Source of the DNA: Mycobacteriales bacterium
GTDB taxonomy: Bacteria; Actinomycetota; Actinomycetes; Mycobacteriales; SCTD01
Reading direction: 5' to 3'
Assembly (NCBI GenBank): GCA_035553635.1
Contig: DATMKB010000406.1
Location: forward strand, 1-30,098
Length of the DNA stretch: 30,098 nucleotides
Part shown: piece after piece, positions 27,365 through 30,098 of the stretch
Layout: each line of letters opens with the position of its first letter
Numbering within the stretch: the first letter of the stretch is position 1
Translations under genes and position numbers: made by a program
The notes under the pieces: generated by a model
Database searches by the model: none
The model's input: the letters and a program-made list of their open reading frames with translations, nothing else
Told to the model about the DNA's origin: nothing

Positions 27365-27741
27365 CCGCCGCGGACGACGTCGCGCGCGCCCGGCGCAACC
27401 GCCGCAACGGCAGCACCGCGCTGGGCCTGCTCGTCGCGCGCCTCGGCCGGGGGCGGCTGTCCGCGGGGCCGTACGGGCTCGTGCTCGCCGAGCGCCTGCG
27501 GCTGCCCGTCCGGGCGCCGTTCGCGGTGGGCGACGTCGTGCTGTCGCGCGGCGCCGTGCGCGGCCGGGAGGCGCTGCTGCGCCACGAGGCGCGGCACGCC
27601 GAGCAGTGGTCGCGCTGGGGCGGCCTGCCGTTCCTGCCGGCGTACGGGCTCGCGGCCCTGTGGTCGTGGCTGCGCACCGGTGACCGCGCCCGCGGCAACC
27701 CCTTCGAGGTGGCCGCCGGGCTCGAGGACGGCGGGTACTAG
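27361..27741 (+). CDS. Small hypothetical protein with HExxH zinc-peptidase-like motif, about 126 aa (start uncertain, CTG inferred)
   Basis: NGST.LGL, LLRHEARHAEQW, NPFEVAAGLEDGGY; GC-rich third positions; first canonical in-frame start (GTG 27481) is about 40 codons in. Confidence 0.65.
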   Translation: MTAADDVARARRNRRNGSTALGLLVARLGRGRLSAGPYGLVLAERLRLPVRAPFAVGDVVLSRGAVRGREALLRHEARHAEQWSRWGGLPFLPAYGLAALWSWLRTGDRARGNPFEVAAGLEDGGY

Positions 27742-29078
27742 AGGCCCTTGCCGGGGTTCAGCACGCCGGCCGGGTCGAAGGCGGCCTTCACGCGGTGCAT
27801 CAGCGCCCGCTCGGCGGCCCCGAGCTGGCGGGACAGGTACGGCGCCTTGAGCAGTCCGACGCCGTGCTCGCCCGACATCGTGCCGCCGAGCGCGAGCGCG
27901 GCGTCGAGCAGCGCGCCGAAGGCGTCCTGGGCGGCCTCCTCCTGCCCGGCCCCGACGACGACCGTCGGGTGCAGGTTGCCGTCGCCGGCGTGGCCGAACG
28001 TGCCGATGACCAGCCCCGTGCGGGCGGCCACGTCCTCGACGGCCGCCACCAGCGCCGGCACCTGCGGCACCGGCACGCACACGTCGTCGAGCAGCGTGGT
28101 GCCGAGGCGCTGGAGCGACGGGTAGGCGGCGCGGCGGGCCGCCAGCAGCGCCTGCCCCTCGTCGGCGTCGTCGGTGACGTGCAGCTCCGCCCCGGCGCAC
28201 AGGGCTGCGGCGGCGGCCGCTTGCGCGGGCGCGTCGGCGTCGTCGTACTGCACGAGCAGCAGCGCACCGGCGTCGCGGTCCAGGCCCATCCGGGTCGCGT
28301 CGTCGACGGCGCGGACGGTGGTGCGGTCGAGCAGCTCGCACAGCGACGGCGTCGTGCGGGCGACGAGCTCGACGAGGGCCGGCCCGGCGTCGGCGAGGGA
28401 GCCGAACGACGCCACGAGGGTGGACGCCGGACCGGGCGGCGGGCGCAGCCGCACCAGCACCTCGACGACCACCGCGAGCGTGCCCTCGGAGCCGACGAGC
28501 AGCCGGGTGAGGTCGTAGCCGACGACGTCCTTGCGGGTGCGCCCGCCGGTGCGCACCACGGTGCCGTCGGCGAGCACGGCCGTGAGGCCGGCGACCCAGT
28601 CGGCGGTGACGCCGTGCTTGAGGCAGCAGCCTCCGCCGGCGTTCGTCGCCACGTTGCCGCCGACCGTCGACCACGCCCGGCTCGCCGGGTCGGGCGGGTA
28701 CCAGAGCCCGTGCGCCGCCGCGGCGCGCGCGAGGTCGTCGGTGACGACGCCGGGCTCGACCCGGGCGGTGCGGGTGGGCGGGTCGAGCTCGAGCACGCGG
28801 TCCATCGCCGCGAGCGACAGCACGACGCAGCCGTCGACCGCGTTGGCGCCGCCCGCGAGCCCGCTCCCGGCTCCCCGCGGGACGACCGGCACCCCGTGCG
28901 CCGACGCCGTCCGCAGCACCGCGACGACGTCGTCGACGCCCCGGGCGCGCACGAGGCCGAGCGGCGTGCCCGCGGGCACCGTCGGAGCGGCGTCCCGGGA
29001 CACGGACGCGAGGACCTCGGGGTCGTCGACCCAGCGCCCCTCGGGCAGGGCGGCCCGGAAGGCGTCTGCGAGGCTCAC
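27738..29078 (-). CDS. FAD-linked oxidase (GlcD/D-lactate dehydrogenase family), 446 aa
   Basis: PRGAGSGLAGGA, STVGGNVATNAGG, GSEGTL, GHAGDGNLHP, GEHGVG; GTG 29078 lies 6 nt after TACGGT (29090-29085). Confidence 0.92.
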   Translation of the reverse strand: MSLADAFRAALPEGRWVDDPEVLASVSRDAAPTVPAGTPLGLVRARGVDDVVAVLRTASAHGVPVVPRGAGSGLAGGANAVDGCVVLSLAAMDRVLELDPPTRTARVEPGVVTDDLARAAAAHGLWYPPDPASRAWSTVGGNVATNAGGGCCLKHGVTADWVAGLTAVLADGTVVRTGGRTRKDVVGYDLTRLLVGSEGTLAVVVEVLVRLRPPPGPASTLVASFGSLADAGPALVELVARTTPSLCELLDRTTVRAVDDATRMGLDRDAGALLLVQYDDADAPAQAAAAAALCAGAELHVTDDADEGQALLAARRAAYPSLQRLGTTLLDDVCVPVPQVPALVAAVEDVAARTGLVIGTFGHAGDGNLHPTVVVGAGQEEAAQDAFGALLDAALALGGTMSGEHGVGLLKAPYLSRQLGAAERALMHRVKAAFDPAGVLNPGKGL

Positions 29079-29115
29079 CGGAGCACCGTAGGCACCCCTG
29101 CCCCGAGGAGCAGCG

Positions 29116-29439
29116 TTGATCTTCATCACGGCGAAGTTCTCGATCCGCCCCGAGTCCGTCGAGTCGTGGCCGGAGATCAGCCGGCCCTTCACCGAGGCGA
29201 CCCGCGCGGAGCCGGGCTGCCTGTGGTTCGACTGGTCGCGCAGCCTCGACGACCCGGCCGAGTACGTGCTCGTCGAGGCGTTCCGCGACGGCGACGCCGG
29301 CGCCGCGCACGTGCAGTCCGACCACTTCAAGGCGGCCCAGCGCGACCTCCCGCCGCACCTCGCCGCGACACCGAGGATCGTCAGCGTCTCGCTCGACCAG
29401 GACGACTGGTCCGAGCTGGGGGAGATGCGCGTCGGGTGA
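29116..29439 (+). CDS. Antibiotic-biosynthesis-monooxygenase (ABM) family protein
   Basis: TTG with GAGGAG at 5 nt; TRAEPGCLWFDW, YVLVEAF, HVQSDHF pattern. Confidence 0.87.
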   Translation: MIFITAKFSIRPESVESWPEISRPFTEATRAEPGCLWFDWSRSLDDPAEYVLVEAFRDGDAGAAHVQSDHFKAAQRDLPPHLAATPRIVSVSLDQDDWSELGEMRVG

Positions 29440-30098
29440 CCCGCTCCCTGGGCCGGCTCGCCGAGGAGTCGCTCGCGCGGCTCGGTGACCACCGCTCGCT
29501 GGTGCACGAGGGGCGCTGGCACACCGCGTCGGCGCTGCACGACCGCGCCGCGCGGCTGTCCCGGGGGCTCGGCGTGCCGCCGGGGGCGCGCGTCGTCGTG
29601 TGCACCACCAACAGCCCCGACGTCCTGGTGGCCTACGGCGCGCTCTGGCGCGCGGGTGCCGTCCCGGTGCCGGTGCTGCCCGCGCTGACGGTGACGGAGC
29701 TGCGGCACGTCCTGGTCGACTCAGGAGCGGTCGTCGCCCTGGCGTCGCCGCCGTCGTTGGCGCTCGTCGTGCAGGCGGCGCAGGCGCTGCCGGTGCGCGT
29801 CGTCGTCACGGGCGACGTGCGGCTGCCCGGTGCGGACGCGTCGCTCGCCGAGCTCGAGGCGGCCCCGGAGGGCCCGGTGGTCGACCGCGACGGTGACGAC
29901 CTCGCCGCGCTCCTCTACACCGGCGGCACCACCGGCCGGGCCAAGGGCGTCATGCTCACGCACGCCGGGCTGTCGGAGATCTCGCGCGCCCGGGCGCAGG
30001 TGTTCGCGCAGTCGGGGGCCGTCGACCTGCTGCTGCCGCTGCCGCTGTCGCACGTGTACGGGCTGCTCAACAGCGTCACGCGCATGCACCTGCCCGAG
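29436..30098 (+). CDS. AMP-dependent synthetase / acyl-CoA ligase (3'-partial, runs off the window; absent from the ORF track)
   Basis: GTGA overlap with ABM stop; my translation gives LLYTGGTTGRAKGVMLTH (AMP-binding motif, starting near 29910) and LPLSHVYG. Confidence 0.88.
   Translation, partial: MTRSLGRLAEESLARLGDHRSLVHEGRWHTASALHDRAARLSRGLGVPPGARVVVCTTNSPDVLVAYGALWRAGAVPVPVLPALTVTELRHVLVDSGAVVALASPPSLALVVQAAQALPVRVVVTGDVRLPGADASLAELEAAPEGPVVDRDGDDLAALLYTGGTTGRAKGVMLTHAGLSEISRARAQVFAQSGAVDLLLPLPLSHVYGLLNSVTRMHLPE

Noticed and set aside
605-29708. Upstream-extended starts in the ORF track (605, 970, 3541, 7707, 9200, 10480, 12899, 15282, 17988, 18851, 19660, 20580, 22859, 26197, 29708)
   Set aside because: The extensions run through neighbouring genes as low-complexity sequence; stop/start overlaps, SD motifs or -10 spacing give better internal starts.
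1-30098. CRISPR arrays, IS elements, prophage, tRNA/rRNA, low-GC island
   Set aside because: No regularly spaced repeats, transposase/integrase motifs, structural RNA signatures or compositional shift seen by eye.

Overview
Very GC-rich actinobacterial chromosomal DNA, densely coding, with no recognisable tRNA/rRNA, CRISPR array, phage or transposon. From left to right: (1) the 3' part of a MoxR-type locus (DUF58 + vWA) and an orphan membrane-anchored helical protein; (2) purine nucleoside phosphorylase, phosphomutase and deoC; (3) an intervening block on the minus strand (small PH-like protein, ABC ATPase, double FtsX permease, NarL-type sensor kinase/response regulator, DUF4177, DUF2855) plus a divergent mini-protein resembling a histidine-kinase dimerisation domain without its catalytic domain; (4) a nucleoside uptake/salvage operon (BMP lipoprotein, ATPase, 2 permeases, cdd, deoA, cupin, PHYHD1-like dioxygenase, add), coupled by overlapping or abutting stop/start codons from the ATPase onward; (5) a TetR-associated lipid/oxidation cluster (Baeyer-Villiger monooxygenase, SDR with an in-frame TAG, WS/DGAT, HExxH mini-protein), an FAD oxidase, an ABM protein and a partial acyl-CoA synthetase. 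Best leads: the CA-less pseudo-kinase next to the two-component system, the PHYHD1-like dioxygenase + His-less cupin inside the nucleoside operon (possible modified-nucleoside salvage), a probable ATC start codon, and a switch-like 5' leader of the nucleoside lipoprotein. All calls come from motif recognition by eye; no searches or folding programs were run.
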